NCBI GenBank assembly: GCA_049724395.1
Contig: JAUGWO010000087.1
Location: 1 to 51,074, forward strand
Direction of reading: 5' to 3'
Length of the DNA stretch: 51,074 nucleotides
Source of the DNA: Spongospora subterranea f. sp. subterranea
Taxonomy: Eukaryota
The stretch's first letter is position 1. Every line of letters starts with the position of its first letter. Under the pieces are notes generated by a model, which made no database searches, was not told the DNA's origin, and was given only the letters and a program-made list of their open reading frames with translations. Shown here one piece after another: positions 12,573 through 22,834 of this stretch. A program made the position numbers and the translations under genes.

Positions 12573-13800
12573 TCATTTCCGCTTCGTTTTCGCAGCTGTT
12601 TTGGCGACGGCGGATTTCTTTGGCGCGGGTTTCGGTTTGGCCACGATATTGTGCTTGGCAGCGTAGGACGCTTTTTTCGCGCCTTTCTGAATGATGCGGC
12701 CATCACGACGCCGGACGATCAGGAAGTTGCTCTTGTTGACTTTGCGCGTCTTTCCACCTTTGGCGGGTTTTCCCCATGGCGAACACGATGGCCGGCCACC
12801 GCTCGTTTTTCCTTCCCCACCTCCCATAGGATGGTCGACCTGCCAATAAACATCAGTTTCCTTATTCTACAGATGGCTGGACACAATTTTGCATACCGGG
12901 TTCATGGCAACACCTCGTACGGTAGGGCGACGTCCAAGCCATCGCGACCTTCCGGCTTTACCCAGCTTGACGAACTTGTGGTCGCTGTTCGATACGGTTC
13001 CGATTGTGGCCATACAATCCAGTAGGAACATGCGCTCTTCTTTCGATGGCATTTTCAGGACAGCGTAGCCGGTTTCGTTATTCTTTTCTAGTAATGTACA
13101 TGATGAACCAGCGGATCGTACCATTTGTGCACCTAATGCACATGTCAATATAAACCAAATCGTCGGCTGCCAAAAACAATATGAATAATAGAAAGAAAAA
13201 TCAGCTAAAAACCTTGAAATTGACAAAAAAAATTTGGACCTTTTCCGGGTTTGGTTTCGACGTTGTGGATTTGCGCGCCCAATGGTATGTGGCGTATGCA
13301 CATTGCGTTGCCAGTGGCAATGTCTACCGGCTCTTTACGTGAAGCAACGACCGTGTCTCCCACTTTTAGGCCGTCCGGCGCGATTATGTAAGCGAGGTTG
13401 TCCTTGGCCGACATGGCGTCATACTTGATGAGTGCAATATACGGGGAACGGTTAGGGTCATATTCAAGGCGTTGGACCACACCGGGAACCTTGACCAAAA
13501 CACGATCAGCAAACCAGATCTCTCCGCCAGCAGATACTTTACATCGACAATAGATCGTTTGAAATCCATCAAACGATAACGTCTTTTATGGCCACCTCCC
13601 CTATGTCGAACAGTAATCCGTCCTTGATTATTACGTCCAGCTTTGGAGCGCATTGCAACTGTGAGATCGCGAACAGGACGACCCTGCCAGAGATGTGATC
13701 GATCTAACAGGACCTGCAGAAAAATCGTTTAATACGGCCCATCTACTGTTTTATCAAAATGCGGTACCGTTCCCCTCATGCCGGGCGTTGTCGGTTTCAT
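12573..13800 (-). CDS. MRPL2: Mitochondrial (bacterial-type) ribosomal protein L2, multi-exon; targeting-peptide exon probably further upstream
   Basis: [107 protein letters not shown]; introns present, so nuclear-encoded. Confidence 0.93.
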
Positions 13801-14215
13801 GACCCGTAGGCGATTCCCTGTGCCACCGGGAGGCGGAAGTCGCCATCATCCTATGCACAGACCGTCCCACATTCTTCAGAAAATCCATCGCCTGCCTTGG
13901 CTGTGTTCCGAAAAAAACGTCGGAGACGACGATGATCAAGCGCAAGAGGAGTTGGCCCCGGCGGACACTGTGTTTTACCGGCCTCCGCCTATACACTGTG
14001 CCAATGACTGCACTGTTTTGTTACCTCCTCCGTCCCGCCCCCCATGTTACATGTACTGCACTGTGTACACTCATGACTGGTTGGAACATACACCACTGGA
14101 GTCGTTCATGTCACAAAGCTCAAAACGTAGCCGACCGAGTTTGAAATCCAGCATAACTGTTTTATTTTTCACCAGAAACCTATTCCTCGACGCAAAAAGA
14201 AGAAACAAGGCAGAA

Positions 14216-14907
14216 AAATGGCAGCAGAAAATCGGTCAACGTTGCACAAACGTTCAAAAAAACCATGTGTAGCTCGTCGCAGGAAGTTTACCATGGTAAA
14301 CAGTTTCAATCCTGACCACAATCGCGTCCTGGTGTATTACGAACGCTCCTGTGACCCAGACGATCCCAGGATTTGAACAGAGAATTACTCCAAACGCATC
14401 GCATCCCTCAGCCCAAACTCGCCTCGTCAGGTCGCGAATTGCTGTCAACCTCCCCCCAGCACACAGGTCTCCCAGGCCTTGACCAGCCCGTTTAAAACTC
14501 TGTTCGCCTCGTTGTTACCGGTATTGTAAGCTCCGAATGTTGAAATTCATCACGAATGCCGCCATCGAGTGCATTGTTCACTGTAGTATTGGGCGTTCAG
14601 CGCTGCTGCTTCAAATCTCCGCATTGTTTCAGAATTCTGGCTGAGTTCCCTGGCAGCATTCGTGATGAATTTCAAATTGCTGCATATGTCATGCCTGCAA
14701 ACGGGCTGTCGATGACTCGAAGAAATGTGTAATAAGGGAGGCTGATGCGATGCGTTTGGAGTTTTGCTCCATCAAGGATTGTCCGGGGGCCTCGATTGTG
14801 GTAAGGAATGGAACTCACTGTTTACCATGGTAAACTTCTGCTACGAGCGACGTTATGTTTTCGAGCCGTTTTTGTGTGCAACCTTGACCGGTTTTCTGCT
14901 GCCATTT
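14216..14907. repeat. About 690 bp imperfect palindrome (foldback or MITE-like)
   Basis: aaatggcagcagaaaa pairs with ttttctgctgccattt. Inner pairs include actccaaacgcatcgcatc / gatgcgatgcgtttggagt and ttgaaattcatcacgaatgc / gcattcgtgatgaatttcaa. Confidence 0.9.
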
Positions 14908-15809
14908 CAGATTGTGCCAAAGATCAGTTGCTGAGCAGTTTCTCGCTGTGACTCGTTCTCTTTGTCCGAGTCAGGATAGGGCTCAAATTGGCGCAACATT
15001 CCCAAAATATCCCTCACGCGTGGTTGAACCATAATCAACACCCCGATCACAAAAAACACTCCCGATCCACAGTCCAAGCAATGATTCGTCAACAGCTCAT
15101 ATCCAGCACCGTGTTTGAAGCATTACATGTAGCGAGCTGTATACGATCACGACCAACGGATGCTGAAAATTTGAGGCCGCCCTCACGCGATACGGCGTCG
15201 TTTTGGATCCCAACCTCGAAAAGGAGAAACACTATGACGTAACGCCGCGCAACATGCAAAATTACGACGCACATGATCCGAAGAAAACGGGCAAGACCCG
15301 GTTGACATTGGGACTGAGCTGGTGATCCATTGCAGCGGGAGGCCCTAGTCAGTGTTTCTACGGCCATAGAATAAAGTCCTTGTTGATGGGTCATCCCCCC
15401 AAGAGTTGGACGTTGAAAGTATGAACTCTTCTGTTCACAGCGTCAAAATCGCGATCCCGCCCGTAAATGTCGTCACGATTTGTTCCGGAAATGCGTCCCC
15501 ACAACATAAAAAATTGATCACATGCTCAGTCATCCGCACAGGGTTTGATAACTCTAATGAGGACCCAACGCTGGTCTTCCTGATCACGGGAGTTTGCCAA
15601 AAATGGGACAATCCTGTAATTCGACGGCGTGCCTGATCGATTGGGTCAAGTAGCCATGCCAATGGAAATGGGCGATCGGTGTCCCTGGGGATGACAGTCA
15701 ACACGGTACGGCCATCACATAAATAGCGGTTCGCGTTACCCCATGTTGTCCCAGTGATGATCTGTCGCCGTTACTTCACTGCCTGTTGTGATCGCATTGT
15801 AACACCACA

Positions 15810-15844
15810 CTCTCTCTGTCTCTCTCTCTCTCTGTCTCTCTCTC
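15810..15844. repeat. (CT)n microsatellite
   Basis: Imperfect ctctctct tract about 30 nt upstream of the ATG at 15874. Confidence 0.85.
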
Positions 15845-15873
15845 AGCAATTCCCATATCATCCATTGTTCATT

Positions 15874-16131
15874 ATGGTTGTGGTCCTATCGACGGCTGCA
15901 TTCGTCGGATGCTTGGCCGGATCGGTCCTGATCAGCGAGGGGGTTCGCCACTGCTGGCGCTGCGTGGCGAACGTTGGGCGAGAACCGACCAGCGCCAATC
16001 CGGAGCGAACCACTGTGGTAGGGAAACCTGGGTATTGCAAAGAATGCACACCTCAAGCTAAAGTTCCGGATACGGAATCAGCGTTATTCGGACGATCCTC
16101 CAAGGGTTTTGCAGGAAAGATCAAGTACTGA
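15874..16131 (+). CDS. Hypothetical Cys-containing protein with hydrophobic N-terminus; may continue in another frame or exon to about 16550
   Basis: MVVVLSTAAFVGCLAGSVLISEG followed by CWRC and CKEC; an overlapping ORF 16109-16315 has CRWC and is followed by a gtaagt donor. Confidence 0.3.
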   Translation: MVVVLSTAAFVGCLAGSVLISEGVRHCWRCVANVGREPTSANPERTTVVGKPGYCKECTPQAKVPDTESALFGRSSKGFAGKIKY

Positions 16132-16737
16132 GAATGACCACCTTTTGGGAATAGGAAGTCGCGTTTTCAAGAGAAACAGTCCAGTTCCTGGTAAATTTCG
16201 AGTGCATAATCGTATCGTTACCGTTGCCAATACTCTTTTAGAAATGATTAAGCCCTCACTTTTCCGAGAATGTCGGTGGTGTCGTGAGAAGTCGGGAGTG
16301 GTCCGAACCATGTAAGTTCAATGCGGGTATGATATGTTGGTGTGTATACTCATGAAGCTGTATGGCATTTTCTTCCACTTTACAGAGTAGGGACAAACCT
16401 TTCAAACATTCATTCTTATCTGCTTACCGATAATTCAGGTTCTACTTCCCCCCGAACCAGCGTCTCGAAAACCAGACGAGGTTGAAGCCGCCCCTAGTAT
16501 CAGCTATGGTGGTATGCTAACGATGAAATAGCGATCCCAAACGTGAATAATTACAGACTCAACGAATAAAGAAAAATGAAGGTATTTGTGAATCTAGAGG
16601 GATTCCCCCACTGGCCCGGCAACATAACACGGCAATGTAACCTATAGCAGAGCAGATTGCGAGCCATTAATGTTACGGGTTAAAGCGTTACGGGCAAATT
16701 GACTGTCGACTATCGTTACTTGCCGGTTTGGCTACAG

Positions 16738-17239
16738 ATGTCGATCACCTCACACATACTGGATTTAGCTCTTGGGAAACCGGCGTCGGGTATCAACATC
16801 ACCCTGCAGGTTCAAAACGAAGACGACGACGCGGACTGGGTCACCATCAACAACTCTCATACGAACAAGGATGGCCGCGTGTATAACTTAGCGGTAATGA
16901 CGTTCATGAGCGAAACCTACTTGACTTGATGATTTTGGTCGGTTCGTGATGATTGAATTTCAATCGATATGTTTCGCGAAATTTTAATCAATTTCGGCTA
17001 GTAATAATATGTCTCCTCAATATACTCCTTAGGATGAACAACACCATCAGCTGAAACAGGCGAAATATCGCTTGGTTTTCGACACAGGAGCATATTTACA
17101 AAAAATGCATGGTCAGGATCAGCCTTTCTATCCCGAAATAGTCATTGTGTTTGCGGTCGCGAAGTATCAGGTCGATCAGCATTTCCATATTCCGTTGCTA
17201 TTGTCGCCATTTGGGTACTCGTCGTACAGAGGCAGCTGA
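16738..17239 (+). CDS. URAH: 5-hydroxyisourate hydrolase (transthyretin-like), 2 exons (16738-16893, 17033-17239)
   Basis: SITSHILDLALGKPASG, TNKDGR, YRLVFDTGAY, FYPEI, HFHIPLLLSPFGYSSYRGS; the C-terminal YRGS is diagnostic. Confidence 0.95.
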
Positions 17240-17259
17240 AACCCATGAAACCTATGACT

Positions 17260-18552
17260 TTATATAGAAAATACTCGCAATCCTCTCCTCTCCGCTTCCT
17301 TTGTAATTGCGGTGATCAGTTTGGGCGCGTGAATGCCCGCTTTTCGATAGGATATCATGCAGCTTTGTAGCTCACGATTCTGCAACTCTCTGATTCTTTC
17401 TGATAAGCGATCCGCGCACAGCAGATAGAACGGCTCACGAAAAAATTCGGTACGACTGAACGACCAGAGTACGCCAACCCAGTGCGAAACATCGATCATG
17501 GGACGATTCTCCAATGTGACGGCGATGTGTCCGAGTATGGTCGGAAGGGCGATTTGCGATTTAGCCATGGACCACGCCACATTGCAGAGGGCCTGCTCGG
17601 TGAATCGGGGCAGTAATGGCTCGATGACCTCACTAACCGATCTGAACACAAACCGCTTAGCTTGATCAGACGCCGACGAGGATTGCACCATTCCTACGTC
17701 CGATGAAATGTCAGTCGGATACGACAGTGAACCCACAAAAACCCATCGAACCTAGGCAGATATTGCTAATTGCTTGGGGAGTGATCAAATCAGCGTTAGC
17801 GGGATTTGTGAAAGTAAAGTTGACCGCCCTTGAAAGCGCATCAAACAACTGACCGTCGCCAGCATCGAGTTTACCCAGGGCCCAGATCACATTGGATAAT
17901 TCCTGGACTTTGAAGCCGGCGCAGGGATCGCTGGTTGGGCCGTTCAAGTCGGCGTTGACGAACAGCTCCAATAATTTCGACGCGGTTCGCTCGAGCAATA
18001 ACGGGGATCGCCGTTGCAGGGTCGCCAGGCTCCACAGGACGTTGCTCAAACGCTGTGGATTTTCGATCCGGTCCACGGCCGCTACAGCTTGTGACAGAAT
18101 CGTCTCGAACAACTCCTCTTCGCTGCCATTGCTGTACGCAAACACGCTCTGCCGTAAATTGGAGAACGCCCACAGCAGATTAGGAATATGTCGCGGTTCA
18201 ACTGTCGACCAAGGTCAAAACGGAAACCTGAAACTGCTTTCGAAAACTAACACTGGCACTTTTGTAATCCACCGACTAAAGCGGTTCGGATCGGCGATGG
18301 AACTTCAGCCCAAGATTTCAGGCCAAGGCGCGCTAAGCGATGAAAGGCGGTGCACAGATTAACGGTATTCAACTGGGACAGATTCGGGTCGACCGACGCC
18401 CGACTTTCCAACAGCCGGATCAGTTCAGCTGGGGAGGAGCATTGCGTAATCCGTTGGTTGAGAGCATAATGCATCTGCTGGTTGGCGGCAACGCTGGTCG
18501 TCAACCATCTCGTCGATCGACTCCGCACCAGACGCAGCAAGAATCGATCCAT
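17260..18552 (-). CDS. Mitochondria-targeted helical-repeat RNA-binding protein (HPR/OPR/FASTK-like), with introns
   Basis: Arg-rich presequence MDRFLLRLVRSRSTRWLTTS; NLCTAFHRLARL; repeats EPRHIPNLLWAFSNL, NPQRLSNVLWSLATL, VQELSNVIWALGKL, PQAISNI, EQALCNVAWSMAKS. Confidence 0.8.
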
Positions 18553-18661
18553 GTCCGGACCAAACTCGTGTGATTTCCGGGGCAAAAAAGCATCTCCGTG
18601 GGACCCCGAAAAAAAAAACATTTCCGGAGATAAATTAGTTTTTACGGTTTATGTACAGAGT

Positions 18662-19080
18662 TTAGAAATCCTCTAGAAAGAAATCCATATCGAGGGCCAT
18701 ATTGGGAGCGTCGCTGGCGAAAAAATCGTGCTGGTATTGGCCGTTTAGAACTTGAGATTCCTCGTCGCGCTCGACTTGGACGTAGTCCGAGGCCATGATC
18801 TGACTGATCTGCTCGGTGCATTGCGCCTGGACCTGCCGAATCATGGCCGAGAGCTTGGCCATTGCCTTCAGCGACAGACGGATCGAAGATAGTGCTGGCG
18901 CCATGTCCATGAGGATCGGCAAGATTTTGTGTGGTTAGCGCGCGACAGAACTGCCGACATTATATCAGGGCAACGCCATCGCCCTCAAGAATCTGGAACC
19001 TTCTCGAAGATATCTGGCCCGATCGTATCGAACTGCAATTCGCCAGCCTGCCTAGGCGTCATTGGCCTCATATGGCAATC
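18662..19080 (-). CDS. Hypothetical protein, 3' exons; 5' end unresolved
   Basis: Coding-like ORF ILPILMDMAPALSSIRLSLKAMAKL...DFFLEDF with a probable upstream exon ending FDTIGPDIFEK. Confidence 0.4.
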
Positions 19081-20067
19081 CTGCTCTTCAATCTACGTGC
19101 ACCGTGTCGTCATTTTACATTGTGAGTTCACAGCGGGACCGTATCATTTGCGATTTCGCCCAGCAGTACTGGCCCCAGTCGTGCAAGTTCCGTTCTGAGT
19201 CCCGTTCGTTGCCATAGCTCCTCCTGCCAATCCCTGTTGGCGGGCATCCCGACAGATTATCGTCAGCAGAACAATGGTATCGGATCTGACCTGATTCTCA
19301 AGTCGATGATTGCCTATTTTCGGCCCCAAAAAACGTGCTGATTCACGATTGTCAAAGGTGTGTACTGTATTTTTCATGGATTGCTTGGATAGACGGCGAA
19401 GTGAAGTGGACGCAAATTTGTTGAAAAATTGACAGAGCTCCAGACAATGGCGCTACTCCACGGCTATACAGCAGCTATGTACACCCAGCTGGCGCAATTT
19501 GATTGGTTTTGGATGTGCTGTACTGTACTGCATTTATTTGTGCTCATTTTCTGCTTGAACCAAAGCTTTAACTTGAATCGGCTAAGGCTACACCGCATAG
19601 GGACAATAATGTCACATAGATTGCGATTTTGAGGGCGGTTTTCTGTCTTGGCAGATAAAGCAATTTTTTATATGAGTGTTTCCTTCAATTCAACGTCTCA
19701 TTAGGGCTTGTGTTTGTCACATATCGTTCCATGGTGGCGGCTGGAATGACCAGTACCAATGCTGGAATTGTTCATCGCCGGTGCTGATGGCTGCTGTCTA
19801 GGGCGCTGTTGGTTAGAACTCTTGGCATTGCCATGGGTCGGTATCCGTTGTTCAGGTAATCTGCTGCTGTGATTATATTTACCATTATTTATAACAATAT
19901 TACCAGTCAAATAGACTACCATCGACCTCACCATGTACTACCAGAGCCGAGCCGGCAACCAGATGCAGCGAGTCAGATAATTATCATCGTAGAATAAGCC
20001 ATTACTATTTTTCGGCAACTTCACACAGAATCCTGCGCGGGAGAATTCAAGGACGCGAAACCGATCA

Positions 20068-20764
20068 ACTAGGACGCTGGCATCATCGCCGTTCAGACAG
20101 GGGAATCGCCAGCACATTCCAAGTGAATGGCTGGATGATGCGAGGATCGGCATGGACCAAACGCTATTGCAGCTGCGGTTGTCGCTCGGGAGCTCCCGAC
20201 CTCTGACCGGCAGTCGACCGATGTCGTTGAATACCACATCAGCGTACAAGAAGCATTTTATCGAGGGTTGCGATACGTTTGTTGCATGATTGGCGATTAT
20301 GAAGGCTTACTGTTAATACAAGAAGACGCTCCCGATCACTTTTGCCCCTCATCGTGCGCCTCAACACTTGCTAACTTCATCAGATTCCAGAGGAGAGAAG
20401 TTGGCTCGGTTTTCGTTGCGAAACCGTTCTTGATCGCAAGGGTGATGGGATTGCATGCCAAGGAGGATGGGAGGATCCTGATAATGTTGGTCAATCAATT
20501 AGCGCGGTGTCAGTGCTGCCATGCGGCACGAGAACAGCAAGGGCAATACTTCGAATCCTGCCAAACTTGTCGGGATGTCTACAACAAAAGCAACGCAACC
20601 CTCGATAATGCTTCTTGTACGCCGATTTTGGTATTCAACGACATCGGTCGACTGCCGGTCAGAGGTCGGGAGCTCCCGTCCCTCGCATCATTCAGCCAAT
20701 CACTTGGAATGTGATACTTCTGGCGATTCCTCTGTCTCACCTGCGATGGTGTCAGCGTCCTAGT
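20068..20764. repeat. Foldback inverted duplication
   Basis: 20184-20272 is the reverse complement of 20595-20680, and 20068-20145 of 20681-20764; the ORF track shows FNDIGRLPVRGRELPS on both strands. Confidence 0.9.
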
Positions 20765-21756
20765 ATCTTTGCGCCGACGCTTTTATCAGTAAGCAGATGC
20801 ACCTCGTGCTGCTGTTTTGGCTTTGTAGATCGTAACTCGAAATATTTTTGCCTGATCGGCTTCTGCTTTCTGCTCATCTCCGAACTTAATCGCGTGTTAG
20901 GTCATGTCGTGTCGAGTCGGCGGTCGAACTCCCGCTCGCAGGTATTTGATCTTTCGCTTTACCCCTTTTGGTTCTTTTGAGATGTGTTGAAGACTGTTGT
21001 GTTCACATATAATCATCGAATTTTGCGAAATATGCCAGAACTCGCTCGGCAGGGTTGCTAGACTCATTACGATTTGTTTCTTGATCGCGTCGTCACTGTC
21101 TTGGGGACATAGCTTGTTAGTCTGATCCTGGAGACCTTTGCGATAGCCGTCCAGTCTGTATCCGTCATCGCATTGTTGGGCTACTTGAGTACATACTTTG
21201 GCAAATGGGCTTTAAGCTTGCCACGATCGAAGCAGCTTATTAAGGATACAGCATTTACGTCGTCCCTGTGAATCCCCTCTCTTTCCTCTATCAGCGGAAT
21301 ACAGCAATCGTTTTGGAATCAAACTGTTTCAAAACTGGTGGCTTTGGCTGGAAAACTAGCGGTGTACGATTTGATGTAATCGGTTGGTTATCCGTTTATG
21401 CCTGGACATCTTGCCCTGGCGTGTTTGAGCTTCTCGTTTGCATTGCAGGTTTGCGACGGTTATCGCGATACGTGTTCGTCCGTTGATCAAGGTTGGTTCA
21501 GTTAGTTCGTCTGGCGGTGGCTGTCGGCCCAGGTGGTTTGCTATAAAACGTTTTATGCAGGTTCCACAAGCGTTGGGTTGACGCCAGGAACCGAAGCGCT
21601 GTTTATCTATAGATCAAACGATAATTTTATAAAGTCGAGATCGCTATTTGATTTGAACCGTCAACGCGATCGTTTATACGGAAGATTCTGTACATGATTA
21701 ACGTACGATGGGGATGGCGAATTCGTTCCTCTTTGAGGGTGAGATCAGTGCCATCG

Positions 21757-22133
21757 TAGAATTCAGAAGCCATTTTTGGGTGTAGGCGATTTTGGTCGTT
21801 ATTGAGATATCGAACGCCAGACGAGATGATATTGCAATATTGGCGAATGGAGTCGAGAACAGCCGCCGACAGAACCGGTTGACCTGCCGTTCTCGCCAGC
21901 GGTTCTGTCGGCGGCGGCTGGTTCTCGACTCCATTCGCCGTTGTTGTAATGTGACGGAAATAATCTCGTCTAGTGTTCGAAGACCGAAGTTGCCCTAAAG
22001 CCATAATGGCTTTCTTTCTTCTCTGATGAGTGAGATAATTACTATCGTAGAATATAGAACGCCATTACGGTTTTTAGGCGACTTCAGTCGTTATTGAGAC
22101 ATCGAACGCTAGACGAGATTATTTCCATCACAA
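21757..22133. repeat. Alternating-orientation triplicated repeat with GC-rich hairpin
   Basis: Hairpin 21810-21980 (ggcgaatggagtcgagaac...gttctcgactccattcgcc). The unit tcgaacgc.agacgagat occurs on + at 21810, on - at about 21965-21980, and on + at about 22103. Confidence 0.85.
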
Positions 22134-22710
22134 GTGCTCGATTGTTTTGATAATTGACGTTGGAAATCCCGTGTTCTCAAACGACAAACACTTTGTGAAA
22201 GGCGGAAGATTTTTACAGAGTCTTATAGAGTCTGTGCACAAGCTGCAGTCCACTCAGAAGTTTGCCCAAGCTCTGTCGGAAACTAGCGCCAAATCACTAT
22301 AATCGTTGCCACCTCATCGCCAGCGCCTGATTCAGGACGTCGTCAACTTGTGAATAAGCCCACGACGATATTCAAAATCCAGAGCAAGTTACCGGCTCGA
22401 GGACGACCTCACGGGTCGGTCCTATATCCTCGACACGGAAAGATCCATCAGGATCAGAGAGTGCAGAAACACGAAAACGCCCTGTCAAGCGCGCTGGCGA
22501 TGAGGTGGCAACGATTGGGTAAGTTTTGCAGCTAGTTCCGACAGAACTTGGGCAAAAACGTCTGTGGACTTAACTTTAAAAAGGAATGTTCAATCGGCGC
22601 CAGTGTCTGTGAAAATCTTTGGGCTTTAGCACTGAGTTTTCTCGCGTCGTCTCTTTCATCATATGAAAACACGGGATTCTCATCGTCACATATAAAAAAC
22701 ATTCGAGCAA
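22134..22710. repeat. Foldback inverted duplication abutting the MULE remnant
   Basis: aatcgttgccacctcatcgccagcgc (22301) pairs with gcgctggcgatgaggtggcaacgatt (22491). Outer pairs are tttgcccaag.tctgtcggaa / ttccgacagaacttgggcaaa and aatcccgtgtt / aacacgggatt. Confidence 0.88.
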
Positions 22711-22834
22711 TGATCGTCATCAGAGAGCTTCGTTGCCTTTTCGTATTCCTTGTGAGCTTTGCCCAGTGCATATTGTGAAATTTCTCGATTCAGCATTACC
22801 CCAGAACGAACTTTGATGGGTCAACAGCGCATTC

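Noticed and set aside
14907..15704. Chain of minus-strand ORFs that could be exons of a gene
   Set aside because: No domain evidence; could not build a reliable model.
16640..16737. Possible PTS2 (RLx5HL) extension of HIU hydrolase from SRLRAIN
   Set aside because: No HL at the required spacing and no in-frame start found.
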